The translations under genes and the position numbers were made by a program. Shown here piece after piece: positions 23,248 through 35,109 of a stretch of 64,000 nucleotides of DNA. Under the pieces are notes generated by a model. That model did not search any database. It saw only the letters and a list, made by a program, of their open reading frames with translations, and was not told the DNA's origin. Location of the stretch: the NCBI GenBank assembly GCA_963770935.1, contig CAVYRJ010000009.1:32001-96000 (forward strand), in the 5' to 3' direction. Position 1 is the first letter of the stretch, and each line of letters begins with the position of its first letter. The stretch comes from Candidatus Bathyarchaeota archaeon (GTDB lineage: Archaea > Thermoproteota > Bathyarchaeia > Bathyarchaeales > Bathycorpusculaceae).

Positions 23248-24194
23248 TCCAGTCCACTGCCTTGTTCTTTGTTTATTGGCAGAGTGGCTTTTTCAAGTTT
23301 GCGGTACTTTCTGCAAAAATTAGTTCCTGCCTGCGTCGATTGAGAATTCGTAAATAATCCGAAGCCCTCTGAGGATTGCTCAACGAATCCTCTGGTGATG
23401 CCTTTTTGGTCTGCAAATAGGCCTTGGCTTTATTTTGTGGTTTGGCGCCACTTACCGTTGCAAAAACTAATAAAATCACAAGCTATGCAAGAGCATTTAA
23501 CGCCTATATCGCAGCAATCATCTATTTGTTGTTTTTCCATTTCTAAACTTCCATTGGAAAACAATTATCGGGTTTAGTAATAAAAGGCAAATTCCTAAGC
23601 CTTGCATATGTCAAATTCAGTAGCATCGCTCATTATTTCTAATTTAGAAGCGTCTAAAATAGGTCACTTTTCAAGGGAAAAACTTGCCCCATAATTGTCT
23701 GTTTTTTCTATCCAACAGTTTGGATAATGCCTGCCCTTAGGAGTCGATGGACAAAGAATTATCCGATTATAAAAGGGGAAAAATTGATTGGCATTGCCCA
23801 CGAACCATGTTAAAATATCAACAACTCTCTCCTGACAACAACAAGCAACTTGGAAAAGACGTCTCACATCAACAACAACCAAACAAACCCAAAACCACAA
23901 CCTAAACTAAAAACAAAAGCCAAAAAACAGCCGCCCAGCAAGGCTTGTTCATAAAAACTCCTACAACAACCAAAACAAAAAATAGAAAACAAGAAAAGCA
24001 AACTCAAAACAAGCCACTACATTTTTGCAAAATCAACTGTTCTTCTTCTGTAGTCAAACAACAAATGTCTAAAATTCCCTTTAATCTTTAGGCTTGGCAG
24101 ATAGGCATTTTCAGATTAATTCTCACTTTTTTGTATGCACAGATTCAGGCATAACAAAAGGAACAATAAACCCGCTGAAGAGGGCAACTAACCA

Positions 24195-24809
24195 CTATAG
24201 CTTGCCTAGAAGTACTCGAAAACCGCTCTCCCGCGCAACAACCCAACAATTGCCAAAGGTTTCATTAAACAATACAGGCAATATTTTTGCGCCGATTTTA
24301 GAGCGTATAACCATCTGAAAACTTGCTTCTGGCGCCATCACTTTTGGAGCGCCCGTCACAATTGCTCTCACTGTTTCCATGCCTGCACTCACAGGAGGAT
24401 TCGAGAGGACACAATTGAACTTTAAATCTCCAACAGGCTCGTAGAAGAAGCCGAAGCGTACCTCGGAGTTAGTAACCCTGTTTAAGCCGACGTTCTTCTT
24501 GGCTAACCGAACCGCACGCGCATTCACGTCTGTCATGACAACTCGCAACTTTGTATTGAATTTAGCAGCTGCAATTCCGACAACACCGTACCCGCAACCG
24601 ATGTCCAAAACGAAGCCTTTTTCTGGCAAAACCATAGATTCGATGAGCAACCTAGTGCCAGAATCAACTTTTCGCTTCGAAAAAACACTTGATGCAGTCA
24701 AAAACTCGAAAGGTTTGCCGCAGAGACTGGTTCGAACAAGTCCGAAGCGCTCCTTGGACTTAGGCGCAGACACAAAATAGTGCTCAACGCTGTTTTGGTC
24801 TTTGCTCAT
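24195..24809 (-). CDS. Class I SAM methyltransferase (RsmC-like)
   Basis: VFSKRKVDSGTRLL, VLDIGCGYG, SNPP. Confidence 0.9.
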   Translation of the reverse strand: MSKDQNSVEHYFVSAPKSKERFGLVRTSLCGKPFEFLTASSVFSKRKVDSGTRLLIESMVLPEKGFVLDIGCGYGVVGIAAAKFNTKLRVVMTDVNARAVRLAKKNVGLNRVTNSEVRFGFFYEPVGDLKFNCVLSNPPVSAGMETVRAIVTGAPKVMAPEASFQMVIRSKIGAKILPVLFNETFGNCWVVARESGFRVLLGKL

Positions 24810-25815
24810 GTGCGCTTCCAGTCTTCCAAACTTTTGGGTAAGTGCCCCGTGGCATTAGCACACGAGAAGAAGCTGCAACTACGCCGTGGGTTAGCTCAAT
24901 TATTTCCTGGGTGGACACAAGAGCTTTTGCCAACGCAATTGCTTCGCCTTTCAAAGTGAAAACTGCAACAACCGAACCCTTCATGATTCCAGTGTCAACA
25001 TGCAGTACCCCTGGCGCAGTCAAATTAGCTCCATGACAGAGCGCATCAACAGCTGAGTCGCGAACGATTATTTTAGGTATCTGCATGAGGGCCACTTCCA
25101 TGGGCTCGATGAATTTGCAAAGGAAGGATTGGTCTTTTTTCTCTTCATATTCGCCAAACCAGTAAGCTACATCGTGCAAGGTGACTTTTTTGGTGCTGGT
25201 TTCAAGGAAGGGTCCTGCACGTGTGCGGCGAAGCTCTTGCATGTGTGCGCCTACGCCGAGGATTTCGCCGATGTCAAAGCAGAGTTTGCGGATGTAGGTG
25301 CCGCCTTCGCAGCCGACTTTGAAGAGCACGTTGCGTCCATTCATTTCGATGTATTCGTTATAGTAAATCCTCCTGGTACGCAGTTGCCTCTTAACTGAAG
25401 AACGTAATGGGGGGCGCTGAAAAATTTCGTCCTCAAACTCTGCAAGGACGCGTTTAACTTGGTCTTCACGTACGTCGCCATGGAGTTTCATGACGCAAAC
25501 GTATTCTTTGCCACTGTGGAGAAGTGCCTGAACCATTTTGGTAGCGTCTTCTAGTGTGATGGGCAAAATACCCGTAACTTTCGGGTCAAGGGTTCCTCCA
25601 TGCCCAATCGCATCTAAATGCATGATTTTTTTTACCCAGGCGGCAACCTCGTGGCTTGTTGGACCTGCAGGCTTATCCAAATTTATGGTGCCGTATTTGA
25701 TGTATTCTTTTGCTGGTCGCTCAGAGGGTTTGCAACCGTACTTTGGGTCGGTGTGGTCCTCTTTTTTTGTTAGCAGTTCACGTTTGGTTTCCCATGGAGG
25801 GGTTGTTCTGGGCAT
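24784..25815 (-). CDS. cbf5: H/ACA pseudouridine synthase Cbf5
   Basis: LDKPAGPTSHEV, GHGGTLDP, GTYIRKLC, PUA domain, YPKVWK. Confidence 0.96.
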   Translation of the reverse strand: MPRTTPPWETKRELLTKKEDHTDPKYGCKPSERPAKEYIKYGTINLDKPAGPTSHEVAAWVKKIMHLDAIGHGGTLDPKVTGILPITLEDATKMVQALLHSGKEYVCVMKLHGDVREDQVKRVLAEFEDEIFQRPPLRSSVKRQLRTRRIYYNEYIEMNGRNVLFKVGCEGGTYIRKLCFDIGEILGVGAHMQELRRTRAGPFLETSTKKVTLHDVAYWFGEYEEKKDQSFLCKFIEPMEVALMQIPKIIVRDSAVDALCHGANLTAPGVLHVDTGIMKGSVVAVFTLKGEAIALAKALVSTQEIIELTHGVVAASSRVLMPRGTYPKVWKTGSAHEQRPKQR

Positions 25816-25878
25816 TCTCGGGTTTTTTCTCCTAGTTGGTGGTAAGAAAAAGAAGTTTGAGGTAATTAAAGTTTAAAA

Positions 25879-26157
25879 TTACTCTGCTTTTGCGGGTTGG
25901 GTCATATCTTTGAGTTTGCCTGCAGCTTCTAGGGCTTGAGCAACTTCCTCGTCTGAGGCGCCTCTTTTAACTTCAATCTTATCTACAAGAGGCATGACAT
26001 GGTTTATGTTGACTCGCCTGCGCTTAACACCTGTAACTTTTCTTGGTCCCGTAACTAAAACGAAACTCTTGTCCATGACATCGATAATGACGCATTTTTT
26101 GCCGTTTTCTCGACCGAGCTGTTTTATGCATAACCTTCCGACTTCAATAGCGGGCAT
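25879..26157 (-). CDS. rpl14e: 50S ribosomal protein L14e
   Basis: IEVGRLCIK..GRENGKKCVIID...VLVTGP...GVKRRRVN. Confidence 0.95.
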   Translation of the reverse strand: MPAIEVGRLCIKQLGRENGKKCVIIDVMDKSFVLVTGPRKVTGVKRRRVNINHVMPLVDKIEVKRGASDEEVAQALEAAGKLKDMTQPAKAE

Positions 26158-26403
26158 GTTTTGTTGTGTCTCCTTAAAAACCAATAAACAGAGAATCTGT
26201 ATTTAAGCATGACATTATTCGAGTTAAAAAATTAGAAAGCACCGCGTGTTTTGTAATGCTAATTGCTTCAATAAGCGCCAATGCTGACCTATCCCCCTAT
26301 GTGTTCTCGAATAGGATTGTTAGTGGCTTAAACATGAAGTTTCCCAAAGTTTTAAAGCATCCATCCCCAACTATGTTTCTGCAAGTAGTTACCGTGGTCT
26401 AAT

Positions 26404-27463
26404 TTGAGTTTAAATTACCATTACATGCAGCTTCCACGTGAAGTAATTGTTGGAAAAGGCACTCTCAAGCGTGTTCCGGAAGTCGTCAAGAGGTTAGGCA
26501 TCAAAGGAAAAGCTCTAGTGATATCGGACCAGCTATGTTACGAACTTGCTGGGAAGACAGTTTCTAAACTTCTTGAAGAGTCAGGTTTGGCTGTAGATTT
26601 TCTTCTTGTTAAAACCATGACAACCAAAGATGTGTTAGACGTTGAAAACCAAATAAAAGAGTTAAAGCCGCAAATACTCTTTGGTGTGGGCGGCGGAACA
26701 ATAATTGACTCCGCCAAAGTAAGTTCAGGTAGCCAAAACATACCCTTTCATCAGCGTACCCACAACCGTCTCCCATGACGGCATCGCCAGCCCCCTTGCC
26801 TCAATCAAAGGCTCAGACAAACCCTACTCGATTCTGGCGCAGGCACCCCTGGCAATAATTGCTGACACCGAAGTTATTGCTCAGGCACCTTGGCGGTTTG
26901 TGATAAGTGGTTGCGGAGACATAATCTCCAAGTTTACCGCTGTCAAAGATTGGAAGCTCGCGCACTTAGAAAACGGCGAATATTACGGTGGGTATGCGGC
27001 TAGTTTGGCGTTGATGAGCGCGAAATTGGTAACGGAGAATGCTGAGCTAATTGTTTATCGGCAGGATGAAGGTTTGCGGATTCTTCTGGAAGCTTTGATT
27101 AGCTGTGGGGTTGCTATGAGCATTGCTGGGAGCAGTCGCCCCTGTAGTGGCTCTGAACACCTCTTTAGCCACGCCTTAGATATCATAAATTCAAATCATG
27201 CCATGCACGGCGAACAATGTGGTGTTGGCACAATCCTCACTGCTTACCTATACAGAACAAATTGGCAACGCATAAAAAGCACTCTCAAACAAATCGGCGC
27301 CCCAACAACCGCCACTGAATTAGGCGTTAAAGACTCAGATATTGTTAAAGCGTTGGATTTAGCGGCGAAAATAAGGCCCGAGCGCTACACAATCCTGCAC
27401 AGACTAAACCTCAACACGGAAGCCTGCGAAAAAACAGCCAAAGCCACGGGAATAATCAATTAA
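26404..27463 (+). CDS. egsA: sn-glycerol-1-phosphate dehydrogenase (one apparent frameshift ~26745)
   Basis: GVGGGTIID; after the shift [14 protein letters not shown]; [22 protein letters not shown]. Confidence 0.92.
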
Positions 27464-28102
27464 ACACGTATGGGCTGAATTTTCTGGATGGTTGTGTTTT
27501 TAGGTTTGATGTTTGTTTGCTTTGTTTTTCGGGTTTTGTTTGATTGTGGCTGTAGGTTGTAGCGGCGTTTTTTCCATGCAGGTTGTTGATTTAAGAGCTA
27601 GAACTTGTTGATGGCGGCGAAGGTTTTGGATCTGAAAATCTTGGAGTTATTGCTAAGAATAGTTCGGCTCCAAATTAATTGTTGAATAAACTAAGGCGAT
27701 GAATTAGTTCTGTATCGTTTGTTCTTTTTTGGATTTTCTTCTTTAGTTGTGGTTGTGGGTTTTTTGTGTGCACAAGGGGACTGGGTGGTTGTGTTTCGGT
27801 TTGGGGTTTGTTTGGTTGTGGTTGTTGAGGCTGTTTTTCATGTTGGTTGTGGCTGGTTGTGGATCAGTTGTGGGTGGTAGAAGTACTCTTTTTGAGCTGA
27901 ATTTATTTATGCTTGGGCGGTTCTTTAAAGAAAAGGCTCGGCTACGTATCAACTGTTGCGTAAACAGCTAAGGCAATACGCCAGAAAACGTTATCATGTG
28001 TTCCAGCAGGATGCGAGAAACCAATAGCGCCGATCATGCGCAACCCATAGCGTTCAACGTTTAATTTGATTCAAACGCTATAAAAAGGAGTTTGAGTTGC
28101 TA

Positions 28103-28939
28103 TTATGGCTTAGCAGTTTTTGCTGCTTTGGGCGCCTTTATAGTTTTAACTTCGGTTGGGGTTTTTTCTTCTTCCGTTGGCTTTGCTTCTGCTACTGGTT
28201 CAGTTGTTTCAGATGCAGGGGCAGCTGGAGTGGCTGCAACTGGGACTGGTTTAGGCTCTGCTTTGAAGGTTTCAACGAACCTTGTCTCAGCCAACTCTGG
28301 AAGGAACTTTTGGATGTCCATGGCGATGCCTCGTTTAGCGATTTGTATACCCTCAACGTAGAAGGTTTCTTCAGGCAGGTCTATGGTTAAGTCACAGCCT
28401 TGTATAGTTAGTTTGAATTTGTTTTCTTCTACCACCGGGACTCTGCGATGAATTATGGCGCCGATTTTCTGTTCCGCTGTGTCAAGTTTGTTTGTTATTG
28501 TGACGTCGTAGATGAGGGTTCTTCCTGCTAGTGGTGGATTGAAGTCTAGTAGGACTCTTCCTGCGCCTACAGAGCGAATGGTAGCGTTCTTGCCTTGGTA
28601 TTCGATGCGTGCACCGACGACAGGGTTAATTTCTTTTGCATAGAGCTGTTTGATTGAGACGCGTTTGATTTTTTCTGGGTCACGTTGCCCGAAGCCTTTG
28701 TCGGGAGAAATCTCCACTGTTCCGGGTTTGTTTACTTCCATTGTTGCTAATGCTTCATCTAGGGCTTTTAGGACCCAGCCTTCGCCTAAAACAACAAGTT
28801 CAGGCTCATGAATTTGTCCTTCTTTGTGAAGATGCTCTTTCTTTGCGACAGCATCTTTGGTAGTGTCGAAAACTTCGTTTGTTTCCTTAACTTTGGCGAC
28901 ATAATCGATTAGTATGAAATCTCCTTTTTGTAGGGCCAT
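28103..28939 (-). CDS. Long archaeal FKBP-type peptidyl-prolyl isomerase
   Basis: GDFILIDY, VFDTT, GFGQRDP, DFNPPLAG. Confidence 0.92.
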   Translation of the reverse strand: MALQKGDFILIDYVAKVKETNEVFDTTKDAVAKKEHLHKEGQIHEPELVVLGEGWVLKALDEALATMEVNKPGTVEISPDKGFGQRDPEKIKRVSIKQLYAKEINPVVGARIEYQGKNATIRSVGAGRVLLDFNPPLAGRTLIYDVTITNKLDTAEQKIGAIIHRRVPVVEENKFKLTIQGCDLTIDLPEETFYVEGIQIAKRGIAMDIQKFLPELAETRFVETFKAEPKPVPVAATPAAPASETTEPVAEAKPTEEEKTPTEVKTIKAPKAAKTAKP

Positions 28940-29247
28940 CTTGAATCATCCTTTGTCTTAACGGGACTCTTTAAGTTTCAAACGCGCATAAAAACTTTGT
29001 CTAGGAAAACAACTTGCAGTTATCTGCAATGATTTATGCTACCTGATTTAAGAATAAAGTAGCCATTTAAGATTATGTATAAAACTTGAGTCCATTGATA
29101 AGGGCTAAACTTACCAATTTGAGTTTAATTCTGAAAGATGATGCAGGTGTGAAAAATGCTGTTTAATCATCATTATCATCATCACCTTCTCCAGCGCACC
29201 CATTTGGATTGTAAAGCTCCTGTCAACTATTTTACACTGCGCAAGAA

Positions 29248-30348
29248 TTATTTTTTCTTGCCGTTCGCCTGCTCAAGTTTTGTGGGCAAATACTCATCAA
29301 CGATATATGTTAATCCGTAGCGGCTGAAAGCTTCCTGCTCCGCCTTGCGCTTAATTTTAAGGAACAGCTTGATTTCTCGTTGCCAAAGTGGGTCGTTTTG
29401 GTACCGCGGGTCCTTCTGTAACTCGTAGAGACGTTTAATGTCAACTTCATCTAGTGGGTCGGTAGGTAGCTTGTACTCGACGATGTCGGATGCCCAAACC
29501 CCACTCCAGACAGCGTCAGGCGTATTTAATTCTCTGAGGTGGGCGGCGTTGGCTGAGCCGGAGATGATAACTTGGGCAATGTGCATTCCCCAAGGGTCAC
29601 CATCAGTCAGAATAAAGACTGGCAAATTCAACTCATCGTGCAAACGTCTAATGAAGCTACGGGTTTGCCTTGGAGCTTGTCCACCGCAGGAAATAAGCAG
29701 CGACTTGTGTTTGTTGTGTACGTTTTCTTCGATGAACCTTGTGAATAGGGCGCCTTTCTCGATGGCTATGACTTTGTCGGCTTTTGTGTTTATGAATTCG
29801 GCTGAAGTTAAAGCTGGACCGATGAGTACTCCGTCTGGGTGGCTGGTTAAGTTGAGTGTTTTGCCTTCGTAGCCTGGAACAGTGTAGCCTATGTCTAAGT
29901 CGCCAAAAATGGCGCTGCGTTCTTCAGGAAAGATATGGAAGTCTTCTCGGGCAAAACCCGTGAGGGTTTCAAGATCGGTGATAATGTTGTTTGATTCCTG
30001 CTGATCAGTGAAGGTCATCTCGTAAGCTTGTGCTGAATAATAGACATCTCTTAACGTGGAGGTTTTGCGTTGGGTTGTGAGTTCGTTGCTGAACATTGCT
30101 GCCCAAGCGAGTTGTGTGAAGGGTTTGATGTGGCGGATGTTGCGGGCGCTTCGGCTAACAATTCTTTCGCCTAGGATGTATTGACGCAGTGTTGGATCAT
30201 AGTTGATGTTTTCAGTGGAACGGCTAGGCATGTTAATGGTTGGAAAGACACCTTGGTCTAGTTGATTGTAGATTTGTGTGCCGAAGGTTTTGAGGCCTGC
30301 AATGACCTCGTTTTGTCTTTCGGCGATTTTAGCTTTCTTCTGCGCCAT
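29248..30348 (-). CDS. top6A: DNA topoisomerase VI subunit A
   Basis: TLRDVYY, AIEK, TDGDPWG, KAEQEA. Confidence 0.95.
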   Translation of the reverse strand: MAQKKAKIAERQNEVIAGLKTFGTQIYNQLDQGVFPTINMPSRSTENINYDPTLRQYILGERIVSRSARNIRHIKPFTQLAWAAMFSNELTTQRKTSTLRDVYYSAQAYEMTFTDQQESNNIITDLETLTGFAREDFHIFPEERSAIFGDLDIGYTVPGYEGKTLNLTSHPDGVLIGPALTSAEFINTKADKVIAIEKGALFTRFIEENVHNKHKSLLISCGGQAPRQTRSFIRRLHDELNLPVFILTDGDPWGMHIAQVIISGSANAAHLRELNTPDAVWSGVWASDIVEYKLPTDPLDEVDIKRLYELQKDPRYQNDPLWQREIKLFLKIKRKAEQEAFSRYGLTYIVDEYLPTKLEQANGKKK

Positions 30349-31857
30349 ATTTCTGTACACTCTTGAGTAGTTTATCTATGTCTGGACGCTTTTCCTGCTG
30401 GGCAAGGGTGGTTGCGAACTCGGCGATTTTGGGCAGGTACTTGCTGAAAATTCCCAATCGTTTCTTCTCCATGTGCACATGCTCTTGTCTTGCCAGAAAA
30501 TGCTGAAGCTGACGTGCAACTTCACGCAGGGCGTTTGCGACTTCTCTTCGTACTTCAGGTCGGTCGGAGATGAATTCTTTGCCCACCGTTTTGTAGGGGA
30601 CTTTGGTACTGCATATATGCACAACTATCGCGATGGGCATTTCAGGAGCGACCTTGTATCGACGCCAATTCATCGCGGCGATTACACGGTAGGAAACATC
30701 GCTTGCTTCGTCGTATAGCAGGGGGATTTTGTTAGCAAAACGGTAAATAACAAAGGTGCCACGTTTTGGCACGTCTCCACCATAAGCCATGGCCAACTCA
30801 ACAATGAATGGGTGACCAGCATAAGTGGATGGCTTGCGTTGGTGAACAACAAGGTATTCTGGTTTGAGTTCTTTTTGGATACCAGCTTTAAGCAGGTCTT
30901 CGCCAAGTGGGGAGAGGCAACTGGCATCGGGGGGCAGGAAATCCTTGTATTTTTTGAGGTTCTGCATTAAACGCACAATTTCTTCATGAGATAGTTTTTT
31001 GGGATTTTTGTTTTGGGGAATGCCAGCGAACTCGAGGAATTTTTGGGCAGTTATCTCGCCGACTCGGTGAAAGTGCCCTTTTAAGAATTCTTTCATATTA
31101 GAGAATGTTGTTATTTGGATGAGGCGTTGGAGAAGTTCTACATCGACTCCATAAGGATGGGGCATGGTTTCTTTAGGCGACTCAGGCATAACGGTAGTTG
31201 CCCGTGTAAACTTGTAGAGCCTGACCTTTAGGGTCAACAAAAGTTATGTTTGCATATGGGTTTACCATGGCAGTTTGCTTGAAGTACTCTATGATTTTCG
31301 GCATGGCACGCAGGTAATCGCCTTCCAACGTGAATTCAACGATGGTGCCGCGCCAATTGGTCTTTGTTGATGAGGACTTTGCGGTCTAAAATTATGGGTT
31401 TGTTCCGCTGAATATCAATCATTAATTTGAAACTATAAATTTTTTCTTGACCAGTACTCGAGGTTACAAAAACTGGTTGATGCGTTGTGATTTGTCCATA
31501 GAGCACTGCCATTTTGCCGCCTAAACCGAAGGTTCCTCGTGCCTGTTTGAGCTTGTATTTGCTGCCGTAGAGCACTTGGCCAAAAGCTGAGGGGATGAAT
31601 CGGGGTGGAATTCCGCTGCCGTTGTCTTCGACGCGGAGTTTGTAGATTTGGGTTTCTTTGGTGGCTTCCCCCTCGTAGGATAAGCGTACGTAGACATCTG
31701 GCGGGATTTTTTGACTCTCCGCTGCATCAAGCGAGTTTTCAACAATTTCTCGTATGGCAACAAAGATGGCACGTGAAGGGTTTGTTAAGCCTGCAATGTC
31801 GCGGTTTCGGTAGAAAAAGTCTGATGCACTGATTTCTTCAAAGGTTGCTTGAGCCAC
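30329..31857 (-). CDS. top6B: DNA topoisomerase VI subunit B (two apparent +1 indels, ~31357 and ~31223)
   Basis: EIVENSLDA, DNGSGI, RGTFGLG, RFANKIPL; the middle piece WRGTIVEFTLEGDY...NPYANITF lies in a third frame. Confidence 0.93.
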
Positions 31858-32229
31858 TTGCCGCTTACACCACTTTCCCCGTTTTTAGTTTGCAGATTGT
31901 TTAGTATATTTGCTTCTTGTTCTTTAAGTTAACTGCACCTTGAGGAGAAACACCTTGTTCCAAAAGCAGGCTTCAGCATGCTTGAATGGTTACTTTTGCT
32001 TTAAACATGTAAAATAATCGCTTGTATGGCGAAATTGAAAGTAGCTCGGAGAATTCTATAGCCCCTATTTAAAGTATTTAAAATTCACAGGCAAGGAAGA
32101 AGATAGAATAATCAGATAAAATCACGACTGTCTTTTGTTAAAAGCTCTGCCTGAACAACTGGTTGTCAGCTAAAGATCACGAAGCTACTATAGCCAATTG
32201 ACTGCTCACGTCGACTATACTTCAATTTG

Positions 32230-32607
32230 CTACAAGATTAGCTGCGGCTTCATAATTAATGAGGATTTATTCATCGATGCTAACTCGTAGAAGGTTGAGC
32301 TTTTTATTGCTTTTTTGCGGCAAGTATCTGCACATTGGTAACAGAAAATACACTTATCGAGTCTGAATTGGGGTCGATTTTTTCCATCAACCTCAACCAT
32401 TTCAATCGCTCTTGAGGGACATTCTTTGCCGCATAACCCGCAACCGACACAAAGCCGAATATCGAATAAGGGTTGACCTCGAAAATTATCAGGCAACTGA
32501 GGCTTAACAAATGGGTACATAGATGTAGCTGGCTTGGTAAAGAAGTTCGTTAATGCGCTTTCAAATATTTGAGGAACACGTGGTTTTTTCGCCATTTCCT
32601 TTGCCAC
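32230..32607 (-). CDS. 2x[4Fe-4S] ferredoxin, NuoI/HycF-like
   Basis: YPF...FRG, CVGCGLCGKECP, CIFCYQCADTC. Confidence 0.85.
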   Translation of the reverse strand: MAKEMAKKPRVPQIFESALTNFFTKPATSMYPFVKPQLPDNFRGQPLFDIRLCVGCGLCGKECPSRAIEMVEVDGKNRPQFRLDKCIFCYQCADTCRKKAIKSSTFYELASMNKSSLIMKPQLIL

Positions 32608-33020
32608 CGCCTAAATGATTTTGGCAAAAGCAATTCGAGAGTCTGTAACTTGGTTTAATGGCGGGGTTTACTTTGCCAGATTTGATTTTTTCTTTGGCTT
32701 GCAAGAAAGAACGTGAACTTCAACTTAGCTTAAGATGCTATTGCTCTCTATCCATCTGACCTTCAAGGAAGAGCTTAACGCACTGAAGAACAAATTTTGT
32801 TTTTGCTTTTGCCCTGCTTAACATATAGACTTCGCATCCTTAATTGTTTACGGTTCAATCATCTTTTTTGGACACCTTTTAACCATAAATCAGCATTCCT
32901 AAACAGATGGGCACCAATATCGCAGTAAATATAGCTATTGAAGCGTTTGAGGCAGGCTCTGGGTTAGCTCTAGTTTTTTATTCAACATTTCTTGAAATAA
33001 CCACAAATTAGAGCGGTAAG

Positions 33021-34864
33021 TTACTTCTTGGGCGTTTTGGTTGGCTCTTTTTTCTCTGGCTTTGTTTCAAGTTTCTCAGGTTTGGTTGTTTTGGTGTAGT
33101 AGTATTCGCCGATGCCCTTCTGGAACTTATCCATCTGCGAATCCTCCTTGTTTACTCTGGGACGGAAAGTAACTGAGTCTCTGCGGAAGGTGATGTCCAT
33201 TTCCTTGAGAAACGTGTTCATGCCTTTTCTTAAACTGGTTGGCGGATGTGCTAAGCCGCTGACTCCTGGTTCACCGTTGAAAACCATCAAGCGGTCAGCA
33301 ATGAAGTCTTGGGTTACCACGTCGTGTTCAACCACGAAGGCTGGAATACCGTGCGCTTCCACGACACGTCGCAGGGTTTTTGCCACATTTAATCTTTCTT
33401 CAACATCTAAGTATGCACTTGGCTCGTCAAGCAGGAAAAGGTCAGTTTTGCGGCTAAGACACGCGGCTATTGCAACTTTTTGGAGTTCGCCTCCACTGAG
33501 TTCCATCACATTTTTATCCATCAAGACTTGGAGACGAAGCGGCTGGGCAATTTCGGTTTTGTACCAGCTTGAAGTAAAGTTATCCTTAGCCACGTTCATC
33601 AGCAGTTCTTGCACAGTGCCTTCGTAATCTGGGGCGATGTACTGGGGCTTGTAACTTACTGTTAACTTGCCCAGTTGACGTTTATCATCTGTTTCATCTA
33701 AGCCTGCTAAAATCTTGGCAAAAGTAGTCTTCCCAATCCCGTTGGGACCAAGAATACCGATGATTTCGCCTGTTCGTATTTCTCCTGGTTCTATGGCAAG
33801 TTTGAAGCCTTTGAAGGTTTTCTCCATCTTTTCCCATTTGAGCAGAGGTTCACCGACCATTTCTCCTAGCGGTTGGAGGTTTCTCGTGGAAGACTATGGC
33901 TTCTTTTCGGAACATTATGTTTTCGTCGGGGATGTAGCCTTGCAAGTAAATGTTAATGCCTGTTCGGACGCCATGAGTGTGTGAGACGACACCGTAGACG
34001 CTTGGTTCCCCATAGAAGACGCAGATTTGGTCAGATAAGTAGTCGATGATTGCTAAGTCGTGCTCAGCCACAACGATTGTCTTCTGTTGTTCTTTGAGGC
34101 TTCGGATGGCTCTTGCAACCACAAGCCGCTGCTTAACATCTAAGTAGCTTGATGGCTCATCAAAAAGGTACACGTCTGCTTCACGACTAAGCGCTGCCGC
34201 AACCGCGACTCGTTGAAGTTCTCCGCCACTGAGTACATCCAGCGGTCTATCCCAAATCTTCTTGAGCTCCAACTCTTCAGCGATTGCATCAAGCTGTTTA
34301 CGTTCATCGACTTTTTCCAAGAGCTCACCAGCCTTGCCTGTTACCGCCTTGGGAATTTTATCGACGTATTGCGGTTTGCTGCTGACTTTGAGTTTTTTCT
34401 CACTCAGCTTCTGGAAGTAATCCTGAAGGCTTGAACCCCGATAATACTGAATAATTTCTTGCCACTCGGGCGGTTCATCGAACCTTCCTAGGTTGGGTTT
34501 GATTTCGCCTGAAAAAACCTTAAGCGTGGTGCTTTTGCCTATGCCGTTTTGTCCCAGTAACCCTAAAACTGTTCCCGGCGAAGGCATCGGCAGGCGGAAA
34601 AGCTTAAAGCTGTTTTCGCTGAAGCGGTGGCTGCAATCCTTCTCGAGCTCATCAGGCAGGTTGACGATGCTGATGGCTTTGAAGGGACATTTTTTGACGC
34701 AAATTCCGCAGCCGCTGCAAAGAGTTTCCGCTATTATTGCTTTGCTTGCCTTCGACTTTTATGGCTTCCACTCTGCTGCGTACCATAGGGCAGAAGCTAA
34801 CGCAGAGTGAATTACATTTTTTGACTTTGCATTTGTCTTCATTTAATACGGCGATTCGCGTCAT
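33021..34864 (-). CDS. rli1: Ribosome recycling ATPase ABCE1/Rli1 (two apparent frameshifts, ~33870 and ~34745)
   Basis: MTRIAV..Fe-S domain, two GxNGIGK, two LSGGELQ, DEPS, RPRVNK. Confidence 0.93.
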
Positions 34865-35040
34865 GGGTGGCGTCGTTTAATGATTCCTACAAGATAGTTA
34901 TAAATGTAAACCTCAAAAGAAAAAGAAACAACAAAAAGCGAAGCTGACTTTTTCATTGGGTCAAAAAATTAACCTCAAAAATCTCGTGGAATAATCAAAA
35001 TTAAAAGAAAAATATCAACAGGCGGAGTTTATGGTTTATT

Positions 35041-35109
35041 TTACCATTCTTCTTCTTCCCATTCTTCATCTTCGCCTTCTTCCCATTCATCTTCTTCTTC
35101 GAATATCAT
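35041..35109 (-). CDS. 22-aa acidic Trp-repeat micropeptide (not in ORF track)
   Basis: MIFEEEDEWEEGEDEEWEEEEW*; GAGGTGA RBS 9 nt before ATG; TTAAA/TTATA boxes upstream. Confidence 0.7.
   Translation of the reverse strand: MIFEEEDEWEEGEDEEWEEEEW

Noticed and set aside
27743-27971. ORFs in low-complexity tracts (also 23664..23900 and 40392..40691)
   Set aside because: Products merely reflect GT/CA skew; no recognisable motifs
29130-29200. (ATC)n-like run with several TGATGA on the minus strand, considered as a C/D sRNA
   Set aside because: No box D or terminal stem at a suitable distance
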